From: Octopus bimaculoides
Lineage: Eukaryota
Assembly: GCF_001194135.2 (NCBI RefSeq)
Contig: NC_068983.1
Coordinates: 127,526,440 to 127,562,215, forward strand
Direction: 5' to 3'
DNA: 35,776 bases
Below are positions 10,490 through 21,930 of the stretch, piece after piece. The position numbers and the translations under genes were made by a program. A model generated the notes under the pieces. The model searched no databases and had not been told where the DNA came from. It saw only the letters and a program-made list of their open reading frames with translations. Each line of letters opens with the position of its first letter. Positions within the stretch are counted from its first letter, which is position 1.

Positions 10490-12395
10490 AATGTCTTCCT
10501 CACTGCATGGAATTTGTAGTAGCACGAAGAACAATATTGAAAGCAACTGCCGCGAAAAATCTTTAAAAAAAATGGAGTTAACAGCGGAATTTGTTAACAA
10601 CTCATTGGAGAAGAAAATAGAAAACCTAAACAAGGAAGCAAAATATATGAAAATGAATGGAAGGAGAGCAGATCTGACACCTCCCATTGAGGTTTTTGAA
10701 GCAACAGGCAAACGGACAGTTGTCTACAGGTGCGTGAACACAACGACAAGGAAATTCGAAAATGGTAAACGCCACCAGTTGGAAATTGCCTTGAAAAACG
10801 TATGGCAGGATATCCACCACAATGTGGGAGCGAGACAGTACGGAGGATTATAGATCTTTTAGACCGAGGTGCTATACAAAGCTCAGTGACTACGCGGCGC
10901 ACGGAGAAAATTATCCTCTTCCCAACCTACATGGGAAGAGGGGTGGTACGAATTATGGTACCTGGAGTCCTACCTAGCCTAGATTTATTGTGATTTCTCG
11001 CCTGTATTTGCACGGACGGGGAGAGAATCTTCTGGATGTTAAAGGATCAAGGAGCGAGAATTGGGTTGGAACTACCCAGGGACTTCTTCACCATGTGAAG
11101 CTAGTTTAGTTAGAGAAAGTCCAGACCTGATTTCCCCCTGAAATAGAGTAGAACTAAAGTTAAACGTGGTGGGCAGAAGGCTGAGGCGCCAGGATTGTGA
11201 TTCCACAGGTCACTTACAGTATTTCTGCCCACAGAACCAGAAAAGAAGGGCAGAAAGAAATGTTCAAACGAAAGCAGCAGAACATATCAATCGACAAAAA
11301 GAAAAAAAAAAACGAAAATTAACAACGGAATGGCATGCGAACAGAAACGGAAATTGAACCCAAGGAGGCAAAGCAGAAAAATATTACAGTGAAAGTGACA
11401 GTGGGATTAGCACCAGCAACAGAGGCGGATGTTACACTAGCAGGAGCAACAACAACAACAACACCAACTACTACTACTATTACTACTACTACTACTACTA
11501 CTACTACAAGAGAGATAGAAAGAGAACCAGAATAAACGACACCAGAATAAAACGTGCAAGACACGGACTCCTCCACGCATCCACATGATGAGGGGGATGC
11601 CCCAAAAGCAAAGAAATCAAAACAGAAAAAAAGGAGAAATCCAACAAACAGCAAACACAGATACACTAATGACAACAGCAGCACTACAAGCACCACAATC
11701 CCCAACACCATCACATACACTCACAATAGAATCAAAACCATAACAAACGTTAAAAGAATTTCACTATAACAACAATCATCTACACAGCAGCTGGATTTCG
11801 TGCTAATGAGGAGGGCCAATGAAAAGTTGATGGTTCTTATATTACAAAACGAGGACATTGAAACACGTGATCTGCTGCCGCAACGCTTTTAGAGGACCGG
11901 GGATCCTAATGATGGTGCGATTGACATTAGAAACTTAGACGAGCATTAAGCGGAGCTACATGTATCATATTGGACCTCCAAGTGTAACGGCCAGTAGATG
12001 GCTTTTAAGGGTTTTCCAGAGGAACCCAACAAAACAGACAAGGAGGGAGAACCACTCTACCATCAACGGCACCTGGTGGGCAAGTGACACTTACTTTATC
12101 CTACCTCACTCCTTGGTCAGCATGGCGGTTCTTAAAGTCTGACGGTTCATAAATGTATGTGCCCAGGGGTCGTCGCGGAAGTAAAGACCTAATGTGGCTA
12201 AGTCTGGATATAAATAATAGCCGTCAGTGAAAATGGCATCGCGAACACACGGGCCTTAGCTCCTATTTTCGATGACTTTGAGATTTTCTCATCTCTTAGT
12301 CGACCTAGAATGAGGGCGTGGGGCAGTGTTGTTCAGAAAAAGCCTGGATCTCGAGATACGGTCAGTCTTCCTGGGCCTGGAAGGTAAGTAGGTGG
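10490..12395 (+). mobile_element. 5' half of an APE-type LINE (L1/Tx1-like): degraded ORF1 plus the start of the ORF2 endonuclease
   Basis: The ORF1-like region (ATG at 10572, MELTAEFVNNSLEKK..) has a degenerate knuckle VVGRRLRRQDCDSTGHLQYFCP and a Thr/Lys-rich linker. ORF2 starts at ATG 12122: MAVLKV-GFINV..LDIN-IAVSE..ALAPIFDDFEIFSS..GAVLFRKSLDLEIRSVFLG.EGK (APE N-terminal N and E motifs). It then stops at a CAG/TAG repeat. Confidence 0.7.
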
Positions 12396-12402
12396 TCAGA
12401 AG

Positions 12403-12530
12403 TTGCAGCAGCAGTAGCAGCAGCAGTAACAGCAGCATCAGCAGCAGCATCAGCAGTAGTAGTATTAGTAGTAGTAACAGTAGTTGTGTTGTAGTTCTTG
12501 GTTTGTTATTGTTGTTTTTGATGTTGTGTT
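12403..12530. repeat. Compound (CAG)/(TAG)/(GTT) microsatellite
   Basis: Read directly. Confidence 0.9.
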
Positions 12531-13087
12531 TGCAAGAGAAAGACGTCATATCAGCTAATAAATTGTTGGTTTTGTTGAATTTTCGGTTTTTCTTGTATGA
12601 TTTTATTCTGCAGCTAAGTAACATGGTGTTGAAGTTAGCTGGCTCTGTGAATGAATTTGAATTCATTTCAGTATAGAAGTTACGTATTAAAAGGAAACAA
12701 AGCAATATGGCATCGCAAAAAACAGGGTAAAGTTATATATTATCAATACTAAGTTCCCACTATTACCAGTTAGCAAATAATTTACGAAGAACAACAGCAA
12801 TGTGAATAGCATTCCAGACGAAAACAATACAAATAAAGTCATATATGAGAGCAGCATTAGCTTTACCACCATTGTCTGTACCTGTTCCGTCCGAGGCGGC
12901 AACGACAGTTACAACAATAATCATGGAGGCAACTTCAACAACAGAGAGATGAAATACCATATTGGTTATTCACTATTTCTGAAAATTCTACCTCCGCCAC
13001 CACCACCACAACCGAACGGTACCAGATGTTAATCAGTGCAAGGGGACATTTTCAATCCAGACTTTCATTATCATATGTATAAGCCAA

Positions 13088-13320
13088 GGCGACGAGCTGG
13101 CAGAAACGTTAGCATGCCGGGCGAAGTGCTTAGCGGTAATTCATCTGCCGTTATATTCTGAGTTCAAATTCTGCCGAGGTCGACTTTGCCTTTCATCCTT
13201 TCGGCGTCGATAAATCAAGTACCAGTTACGCACTGGGGTCGATGTAATCGACTTAATCCCTTTGTCTGCCCTTGTTTGTTCCCTCTGTGTTTAGCCCCTT
13301 GTGGGCAATAAAGAAATAAG
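13088..13320 (+). mobile_element. Full-length tRNA-type SINE (family A), tail type 1
   Basis: A-box-like TGGCAGAAACG, B-box-like GAGTTCAAATTC and the core GTCGACTTTGCCTTTCATCCTTTCGGCGTCGATAAA; tail TTAATCCCTTTGTCTG..GTGGGCAATAAAGAAATA. Confidence 0.88.
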
Positions 13321-13495
13321 AAATGTCAGCACACCGAGCGAAAAACTTAGAGGTATTTCGTCTGACGGTCTGAGTTCAAATTCCGCGGAGGTCCACTATG
13401 CCTTTCATCCTTCGGGGTCGATAAATTAAGTACCAGTTGCGTACTGGAGGTGATCTAATCGATTGGGCCCTTTGTGCCTAGAGTAGAAAAGAATA
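13321..13495 (+). mobile_element. SINE family A lacking its extreme 5' end, tail type 2
   Basis: Directly abuts the previous copy; tail GGCCC..TTGTGCCTAGAGTAGAAAAGAATAT. Confidence 0.85.
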
Positions 13496-13503
13496 TATAT
13501 AAA

Positions 13504-13719
13504 GGCGGTGAGCTGGCAGAAATCTTAGCACGCCGGGCGAAATGCTTGGCGCTATTTCGTCTGTCGTTACGTTCTGAGTTCAAATTCCGCCGAGGTCGAC
13601 TTTACCTTTCATTCTTCGGGGTCGATAAATAAAGTACCAGTTGCGTAATGGCGTCTATTTAATCGAGTGTCTCCTCCACCAAAATTTCGGGCCTTGTGCC
13701 GCAGTGTAGAAAAGATTAT
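13504..13719 (+). mobile_element. Full-length SINE (family A), tail type 2
   Basis: GGCGGTGAGCTGGCAGAAATCTTAGCACGCCGGGCG..GAGTTCAAATTCCGCCGAGGTCGAC..GGGCCTTGTGCC..GTAGAAAAGATTAT. Confidence 0.88.
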
Positions 13720-13989
13720 ATCTATAAGGCGTACCTTCATCTTATAACCTTGAAGAGGAATGTCCCAGGTGATTGTATAACGCCCTTATCACGTGCGATA
13801 TCCCGAACACGTGTATTCCAATGTGGCAGCATAAGCCACGTCAATGTGGCAGCATAAGCCAAATGGCGTAGTGGCAGACATGATTATACTTGTGAAAATA
13901 TACATTACAAGGAATGGAAAACTGGAAATAAATTGTCAGTGGCACTGATTGCTAAATGTTCTCTTGATATTGTTAATTGTTTTTTTATT

Positions 13990-14640
13990 TATATTTTAAC
14001 AAAATATTTCTGTATTTTTGTTGTAACTCATAACACGGCATTTTCTCCAACTAGCATCCGTCTTCGTGTTTCGACGTTTAGCACATAGCTTTCTAATGCT
14101 GTTTTTTCCTCTATACGTTTCCTGTCTGCCGAATCATGTGTTATTTCTTGACTACGGATCAGCTTCCTATCTAATTTAAAATAATTTTCTGCTGTTTTGT
14201 TCAAACTTAATCATTTCACTCAGATAAGTTACTTTCTGACAAACACATTGTCACTTTATTGTAGTAAGAATGAGCAGATGATTTTGCTACTTCATTTCGT
14301 TATCAATCATATCAGCATTTCTTCACTAGCGTTTAAATATTTACTAATTTCATTGCTGTCAGATAAATTTCATTAATTTTAGTCTAGAACTTTCTTGTGT
14401 GTGAGAAAATATATTCTATCAACATCAATATCCTTTTTATCTATCCCAATTTTACAATAACCAATCTATTACACGGACTCCGTACATTAGAATTCGGAAA
14501 TTTAATGTATTAATACCAAATAAGTATTTTAATGTTATTAATATTACAAAGTTCATTATTCCAGCTCTTCTGTAGTACTCTTATCTAGTTCACTCATTTA
14601 TTTTAAATGTAGTATCATATCGATTTCGTCTACTAATTAT
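13990..14640 (-). mobile_element. Highly degraded R4/Dong-like LINE fragment (thumb to CCHC)
   Basis: Minus-strand translation EYYRR..GINTLNFRILMYGVRVIDW resembles the EYYRR..AINTLAIPVxTYSFxIIxW region, and a later WRKCRVM resembles the KCRxC knuckle. Confidence 0.4.
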
Positions 14641-14761
14641 TTCTATTGCTGATTCAGATCCAGTTTCTAATTTTGTCTAATTTTATTTACGTGTTCGTTT
14701 ATTCTTAGCTTATTTGACGCGTATTGCTATCCTATGTTGATCTTTGAATCAGTCCCACCAA

Positions 14762-14792
<31 letters not shown>

Positions 14793-14794
<2 letters not shown>

Positions 14795-15097
14795 GGATAA
14801 TGTACGAAAAAAAAACAACAACAGACGAGGACAGGTGGTGTAAACAACAAAAGGATGTATTAGTTTGACGCTCGGGAATACAGAAAGTCTTTAACATGTC
14901 GAGCTACGCTCTTCAACAGAAAAAATACGGAGAAAACAAGGAGAAAAACACGGAGAATAGAAATTGAATTGTGTTTGGTCAACGATCTATTATGGCTTCT
15001 GCGGACAGGAAGTTCAGAAAGTTCACGCAGGAGAGCTAAGAAAAACTGGAGATAACAAAAGGGGAAAGAAAGAACGGTGACCCAAGAACGAGGAGCT
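14793..15097 (-). mobile_element. Penelope-type repeat (family H1) with degenerate hammerhead-like core at 14888-14923
   Basis: Reverse complement TTT-CTGTTGA-A-GAGC-GTA-GCTC-GACAT-GTT-AAAG. Flanks are homologous to 7925-8088, and it abuts (TA)n. Confidence 0.55.
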
Positions 15098-15354
15098 NNN
15101 NNNNNNNNNNNNNNNNNNNNNNNNNNNNNNNNNNNNNNNNNNNNNNNNNNNNNNNNNNNNNNNNNNNNNNNNNNNNNNNNNNNNNNNNNNNNNNNNNNNN
15201 NNNNNNNNNNNNNNNNNNNNNNNNNNNNNNNNNNNNNNNNNNNNNNNNNNNNNNNNNNNNNNNNNNNNNNNNNNNNNNNNNNNNNNNNNNNNNNNNNNNN
15301 NNNNNNNNNNNNNNNNNNNNNNNNNNNNNNNNNNNNNNNNNNNNNNNNNNNNNN

Positions 15355-15700
15355 GGAGTGTGGGTTAGGCTGAGGGTGGGGGTAGAGGTAGGGGCATGTG
15401 GGTAGGTGGTGGGTGTAAGGAATTGGATGGGGTGGAGTGGGAATGTAGAGTAAGAGTGTGTTGGGGTGGGATGAGCTTATGAGGGAGGGTTGACGATAAA
15501 GGAGGAGGGGATGGCAATGAATGGGGAAGGGGAGTATGGGAGGAGGGAGAGGGGGCAGGCGAGTATGGGAGGAGGGAGAGGGGGAAGGCGAGTATGGGAG
15601 GAGGGAGAAAGAGACGAAGAGAATAAGTGGGAGAGAAAAAGAGTAAGAGAGAGGAGAGAAAGAGTAGGGGTGAAGAGAAGTACGAGTGAAGAGAAGTATA
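15355..15700. repeat. G/A-rich low-complexity tract containing a 29-bp minisatellite (~2.7 units, 15523-15607)
   Basis: GAGTATGGGAGGAGGGAGAGGGGG(C/A)AGGC starts at 15532, 15561 and 15590. Confidence 0.85.
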
Positions 15701-15701
15701 T

Positions 15702-18520
15702 AAGTGGCGACTCCTGCACTCGAGCTGTTAGGGATTAGCCCGAGTATAAATTTAGTAAAGTGGATGTGTAAGGTGATGCAATTTCTGCCAACATTGACTG
15801 CAAGTATGAAGTTGCAGTCAATAACGCGGACCCCTTTTATTGCGCCTGGTCGCGGTTCATATATATTTTTCAGCTTCTGGCGCCCGTCTTAGAGGTGCCC
15901 TGTGTTACAAAATATCATTTGTAGTAGACGTTCTCTCGACATCGTTCACATGCGCCTGATTCGAGCTCAGAATTTATAGCCTGAGTTGTTATCTATAATT
16001 GTAAAAAAAAAAAAAAAAATTCAAATCTTTCTTGAAAAAAAAATTTATGCATTTAAAGATTTAAATTCCAATCTATGAAATATTTCCGTTCTACAATATT
16101 TTTAAACGAACGAAAACTTATCCAGCAACTCGGACTAACGCGAACGAGCCTAGTATGTGTAAAAGATTAACTGGCATATTTTGTCAAGAGTACTGGCGAC
16201 AGTCAGATCGCTGATGTTTATTGCGCACTCCACTGTCGTTATTTGATAGCTGTTATTCTGTGAGTCTGTGTGTAAAGATCAGTTGTGCTTTGCAGGGTTA
16301 ATTTATTTTTACCCTTAATCTAGAACTGGAGAAAGATATAGTGCTAGATATAGTAAAAAATAAGGCTCTTGGGGAAAAAGAATATGGCGGAAAAACGTGA
16401 AATTCTTCGAGCAGGCAGGTCGACTCCTTCATTGAAAACTAAATTTCGAATTCGAAGATGCCAGATAAAATGGTATAAACAGATTGGTTGGCTGTGTGCA
16501 AGTAGCGTCAGAGAGAATCTCCGCTGCTAGCCATGTAAGTTGTTTCAACCAAAAGCTATTCCGTTGTGGACAGATGGACGCTATAATAATTTATAAAAAA
16601 CATCTTGAGTGATTGTAAGCAACACAGTAAATCAGTGAGTCATTTACGTAATTTTAAAAGCTTGAAGACTTTCGGACTGTACGATATTATACAGCTATTA
16701 GAGAGTCTGCTAAACTGGAAAAAGAACAGCTTAATAAAGAAGCTGAAGTAAATAGACAATATTTAATACAGTTAACAAATGCAGTGTTATACCTGTGTAA
16801 GAAAGAGTTGCCTTTACGTCGATATGCTGAAGGAAGTTACAACCTTAATAAAGGAAAATGTGCAATATTGCAGTGCTTTGCTGAAATCGGCAGCGTATTT
16901 GCTTCAAGACTATCTACTAAAGAGGGGTCGAAACAGTTTTCATGAGTCTCAAGCACAATGCAAAATGATCGAATACAGACGATTGCGAATGTCATCTCTG
17001 GTGAAATTAGCAGCGAAGTGATAAATTTCCGTTTATGTTTATACAAGACAACGAAACAACAGACTGTGCAATGCAAGCTCAACTGCCGATCATAATAGGG
17101 TATGCATATGATGGCAAAACATGTAAACGATTCTTTGAATTCTACGAAGTCAGTGATAATAAAAGTGCTACAAGGCCGGCTCATGTGATCACAACTACGT
17201 TGAACACCTTCAGTGACGCTACAGATGATTTAGTGAGCCAGACTTACGACAGAGTAGCTGCAATGGCAGGAGCGATAAAAGGAGTACAGAGCAAGCTAAG
17301 GAATAAAAGATTTATACACGCGCACTTATTTCACTGCTATGCGCATAAACTTAACTTTGTTTTCAGTAAAATTGGTGAGAAGGTGAGTGAAGTAAAAATG
17401 TCTTTCTCTCATTTACGTGCATTTAGTAAATTTACATCTTCTATTACTAAGCGGAAAACTTTTTCAGGCTGTTTAATGTCAGTATTCCATCACTGTGCGA
17501 AACAAGATGATTCTATAGATCAAAACTGTATAATGCATAAAACAATTCCATGAAAACTTCAAAAATGCCTTCACACGTATTCTAGGATCTAGTGAAATGT
17601 GGGATGAAGATACACACTTTCTCCAATAGACAATCTATTGGCAATATTGATTGATTTCACATTCATGTTTTTCATCAATTACTTTCATGACATACTTTCT
17701 CAAGCTGGAAAAGCCTTTCATGTCCTACGGTTTAAACTACTCGACATAAAGCATGGTCACAGTAAACTGAATGCTGCTGTAATTGAACAGGCAGATGACT
17801 CCCACCCTCCTCCTAGAAAAAGAGTCAAACGTGCACGAATTATTTACGAAACTACCTATTTTAAAATAATTGATAACATTCTAGAGACTTTCTGGTATTC
17901 AGGAGTGTGCATACTTGATGTTTATGTGTTTCTAGAGTTTCTTAACTCATTTCCTATGCAACATATGCAGTCTCTAATAAACAAGTAGCCCTGTATTTTT
18001 GACTGTAAGAGCTTAGTGAAGAAGCCAACATATGTATATTAACAGTGATTTCACAAAGTGCAAGTCAATCAACTCCTTTTTAGAATTACTGTATAAATTG
18101 ACATCCTCTATATCAGAATCCATTAAACTAATTAAGCTAGTGTTGACTATCCCCTTAACATCAATCGCTAATGAGAGACGTTTCTCAATGTTGGATAGAA
18201 TCCGTTCATATCTGAGAAGCATAATGGCCCAAGAACGGCCGTCTTCATTGGTTTGTATTTCCGTCAAGAAAAGCATTTTGAACGACTTGGACAAAAAGGA
18301 ACATCATGACAGGATATTACACGAGTTCGCCATCAAACCAAGACGAATGAAATCCATGTGTAAATGAAGTAATTTTTATATTAAAACTACATTTCTGGAT
18401 TATTATTAAATTATCAGTGAACATACGTATCTGCAGTATGCATTACGTCTCTTAACTTCTTTTATACATGTGTCTTATGCGAAATCTGTGATGAGCCCGA
18501 ATGATCTGGAGTCGCCTCTG
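15702..18520 (+). mobile_element. hAT-superfamily DNA transposon, ~2.8 kb, both TIRs present, inactivated transposase
   Basis: TIRs are AAGTGGCGACTCC (15702-15714) and GGAGTCGCCTCTG (18508-18520), 11/13 match. The pseudo-ORF at about 16385-18367 has a TTF-type zinc finger (WYKQIGWLCASS..C*PCKLF..W), a DUF4371-like LYLCKKELPLR segment, (D>N)ETTD..QL.I, QTYD..AMAG..GVQ, HCYAHKLN (CxxH), and the hAT dimerisation motif LTIPLTSIANERRFS.L..IRSYLRS.M.QER. Confidence 0.88.
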
Positions 18521-18562
18521 ATACAAGGTGAATGAGCATCGACAGCTGCCAAGCCACGCTAC

Positions 18563-18606
18563 TCCATACTGATGATGAGCAATGACTCTGAAACTAGTCT
18601 CTAGAT
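18563..18606 (+). ncRNA. Degenerate minimal hammerhead-ribozyme-like motif (family H2), canonical C3-G8 core
   Basis: CTGATGA-TGAG-CAATGA-CTCT-GAAA-CTAG-TC. Stem III is the palindrome ACTAGT with a GTC triplet. Stem I and the 10.1-11.1 pair are mutated. Confidence 0.5.
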
Positions 18607-18716
18607 GCTGGCTTTGCTGGGTGGAGGTGCTTAACCCCCTTTGAAAACATTAGGACACACAAAAGGTGTCATAGCCAAGTGGAAACGGTGTTTGCTAGGG
18701 ACAAATAGCAGTAACA

Positions 18717-18734
18717 TATATATATATATATATT

Positions 18735-18800
<66 letters not shown>

Positions 18801-18830
18801 TGTGTGTGTGTGTACTGTGTGTGTGTATAA
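18717..18830. repeat. (TA)n(TG)n microsatellite
   Basis: Read directly. Confidence 0.97.
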
Positions 18831-20809
18831 GTGTACGAGAGCGAGCGAGGAAGTCAGTTTGTTATCTCTAGGGAAATTTAGCTGCTATTTCAAGCGTATC
18901 AGTCGTGCACGTTGGTCTACCCTCCACCCTTCGAAGTGACGTCCGTGTGTATGTGTGTATCACTAGTTCTGTCAATCTATAATGAAAAATTATCCAGACA
19001 TGAGGATCACGATGTTTATTTACTATGAAAGTGTTTTATTGTTATTTTAGCTCCGTTTTCTTTTAGACATTTGTGCGACTATGTTTTAGCTACCTTTTCC
19101 ACTACAATTTTCTTTCTCCTCATGCTTCTCACTTTTTTTCCTCATCTTATTTTCCCTCTTCCTCTCCTTCTGTCTTACTATTCTGAATCATTTCCATTCC
19201 TCACTCTTTGTCCTTTGTCTTTTTTCTTACAAAACATCTTTATCTGTCCTTCTGTCTCAGACTTTCCACTTGATAATTTCATATCTTAATATAAGTAGTT
19301 GAACCAACATTTGCTAGTTCTTTGCTTTGCGTTTTTAGCGGTCACTTTTAAAGACGATGTAGATTTTCACCACTTAGGACCAGTGATAAGACGGGCTATA
19401 TTTTTCGGTTACATCAATACATCAACGCATAACCATCACTATATACCAGAGTTAATATTTTTTATATTTAAAATACATCGCTTAAGACATGATTCTACAG
19501 TTTACTCTCTTTGAATACAAATTAGATACATCGAAGTTCATGCAGAGAACTGTTGAATGTTAACAAGAATTTGATTTGCAATGGCAAGCATGTATAGAAG
19601 AATTAAGTTTTAACAAGCATTTGCAAAGTTAATGAAAATGTTCAAGATAGAAATATACAAAAAATAAACATTTTAAAGCTATGTGGAGATGTTTTAACAA
19701 GGATACGATACATGACACATTTTGGCACCTACCTTTGTTAAACAGAAAATATGTATATGCCCTTACTGAAAGAATGTACGACTTACGTAAGCGTTTACGA
19801 GATGTGGGATCATAGAGACATTCTGTAAATACCATATTGTTCCAAATGTAACTGATTGGCCGAGTAATTACTTTGATTTTTCGCATCGCATATACACAGT
19901 AACAAACTATATTTATACTATGGAAGCGATAATTAGTGAAATATTGTGGTCTTTGTCAGAGAGATCGTTGTCAGAAGAATTCAGTCTAATCTGATAGTCA
20001 CTGTATCCTAATGCCGCGTAATGTTTTTACAGCAATTGGATTTTTAAAATAAGAGAATCTAAGGCTTCTATCTACACCAGAAACTTTTTTGAAGCTTGTC
20101 GCTGCCAGTATAGGAAATCGTAATACAATGTGGGGTATAGTCACAGGAAGTCCTCCACACAATATGATTTGTCATTAATATGGAATGATTTGTAGATATT
20201 CATTTCACTATATCTGGTGGTGAAGGATAAAAAGAATGCAGTAGAACCGATGCTTATCTTCATTGGTCAAGTAGTGATTGATCAAAACATCAATAATTTC
20301 GCATCGGTAGTGATGCTGTTGTTATTTATTATTTTTTTTAATTCCTGATTCATGCTGTTGTTACTAACAGTCTTCCCTGTTGCGTTGGCCTATTTGTGAG
20401 GCTCATGTTGTTGAGATTTTAATTCGTTATTAGAGTTGGTGTTTTTACACGTGATGTTTAGGGAGGGGGTGTTAAGTTATTTTGAAAGAAGACAATTGGA
20501 GTTTTGAGTGAAAACGCCTTAGCAATTTCTTAAGCCACTCCGTTTTCCCTACACCTGTCGGCCGGCCAGAATTATTACAATCATGTGTATGTTCAACATT
20601 TTAATTAAAATGCTGTGCTGCCTGAGGTTTGAAAACAACAACATAAAAAAAAAGAAAATACTGGCTGATCTTTTATGTGTGACACTGGCACTGCAACAAA
20701 AGTTAACAAGGGTCATTCCAGAAATGATCAAGCAATAACCATTCTTGAAGGTGCAGAATGCAGTGAAATATCTCTAAAGATCAGCAGCGAATAAACTAAG
20801 AAAAAAATA

Positions 20810-21000
20810 GGAGGAAGAGTAGGAGGAGGAGGAGAAGAAGAAGAAGAAGAAGAAGAAGAAGAAGAACAACAACAACAACCACAACAACAAGAATAACAAA
20901 AAGCAAACCCCTAAAACAAGAAAAATACTACTACTACTACTACTACTACTGCTACAGCAGGAGCAACAACGGCTTCATCATCAACAACAACAGCAATAGA
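20810..21000. repeat. Compound (GGA)/(GAA)/(CAA)/(TAC) trinucleotide block
   Basis: Read directly. Confidence 0.9.
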
Positions 21001-21004
21001 AAAA

Positions 21005-21930
21005 ATGTCGAAACGCAGGAATGTGGAGAAATTGCATGACGAATTCATGCTGCAAACGATGTAAGTTGGAGAGAAGAAAAAAGGAAAAACGCTGGTTATA
21101 ACCAACCAGCTTGAAGAAAAGGAATTGCTGATTAGAGCTGCTTGGAAACAGGCCATAAGAACAAACTGAATTAAATAAGAGTGTGGTAAATCTCACTCAG
21201 AGGGCAAATGTTGAATTTGTTCGAAGGAGATCGGAGGTATTAATCATATCTAAAATGAGTGCAGGATGTTTGTACAAAAAGTGTATAAATGCAGGTATGA
21301 CTACCTACAAATAGCGCGCTGGAGTGTTTACCCAAATTAGCGGATTTGAAGGAATGGAATGTTGTGCGAAAGTGATCCAGTGGCTGGTTAATGTGAATGA
21401 TAATTACATGATTTTGTGAGGTTTCTCCTTAGAGACTAGTATTAATATTGAATCATCAAGGTCAGAAATGATCACGGAGAACGGGAAAATGAAATAGTGA
21501 GATCGTTAACTTTGCAATCTCATATGAGATGAAGTAAACAACATATTGCCATACGTGGCGATGTAAGAGTGAGTGACAAAGAAATAGAAAAGACTGAAAA
21601 GTACCAGGAAGTAAAATATTTAATTCCAGAAATAGAGGCAATGAATAGAGCAACTGTCATCCCAGTAGTTGTAAGGGCAGTGAACAGATTAACAGCCAGG
21701 TTTCAGAAATTCGTGGAGAAATTATTATCGGCATCAGGGTATGACATGTTCTGAAAACTGTTCTATTGAGGACGGTGAGGATTTTGAGATTAATTTTGGA
21801 TGTTAAGTACAGTGTAAGGCATGTGAGACCCTTGAAAACAGGATGTTGTTCGCGCTTCAGATTTAAAAACAGCAAGTAAAATAGAGAGCTGTGAGAAGCG
21901 AAATGGAAATAACAAGAATAACAAAACAGC
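21005..21930 (+). mobile_element. Degraded 3' end of an R4/Dong-like LINE retaining CCHC and RLE endonuclease regions
   Basis: KLHDEFMLQT; ELLIRAAWKQAIRTN*IK..GKC*IC..INHI*NEC..VQKVYKCRYD (CCHC); IL*GFSLET..SRSEM; IAIRGDVRVSDKEIEKTEKYQ..VIPVVVRA; KTVLLRTVRILR (C-terminus); then a UTR and a degenerate AAT/AAC tail. Confidence 0.8.

Noticed and set aside
17035-18367. hAT ORFs (172, 116 and 111 aa) as a domesticated ZMYM/ZBED-like gene
   Set aside because: Multiple frameshifts and stops, a mutated catalytic Asp and flanking TIRs indicate a dead transposon.
19290-20300. Possible transposase remnant
   Set aside because: No motif series I could align convincingly; left unannotated.
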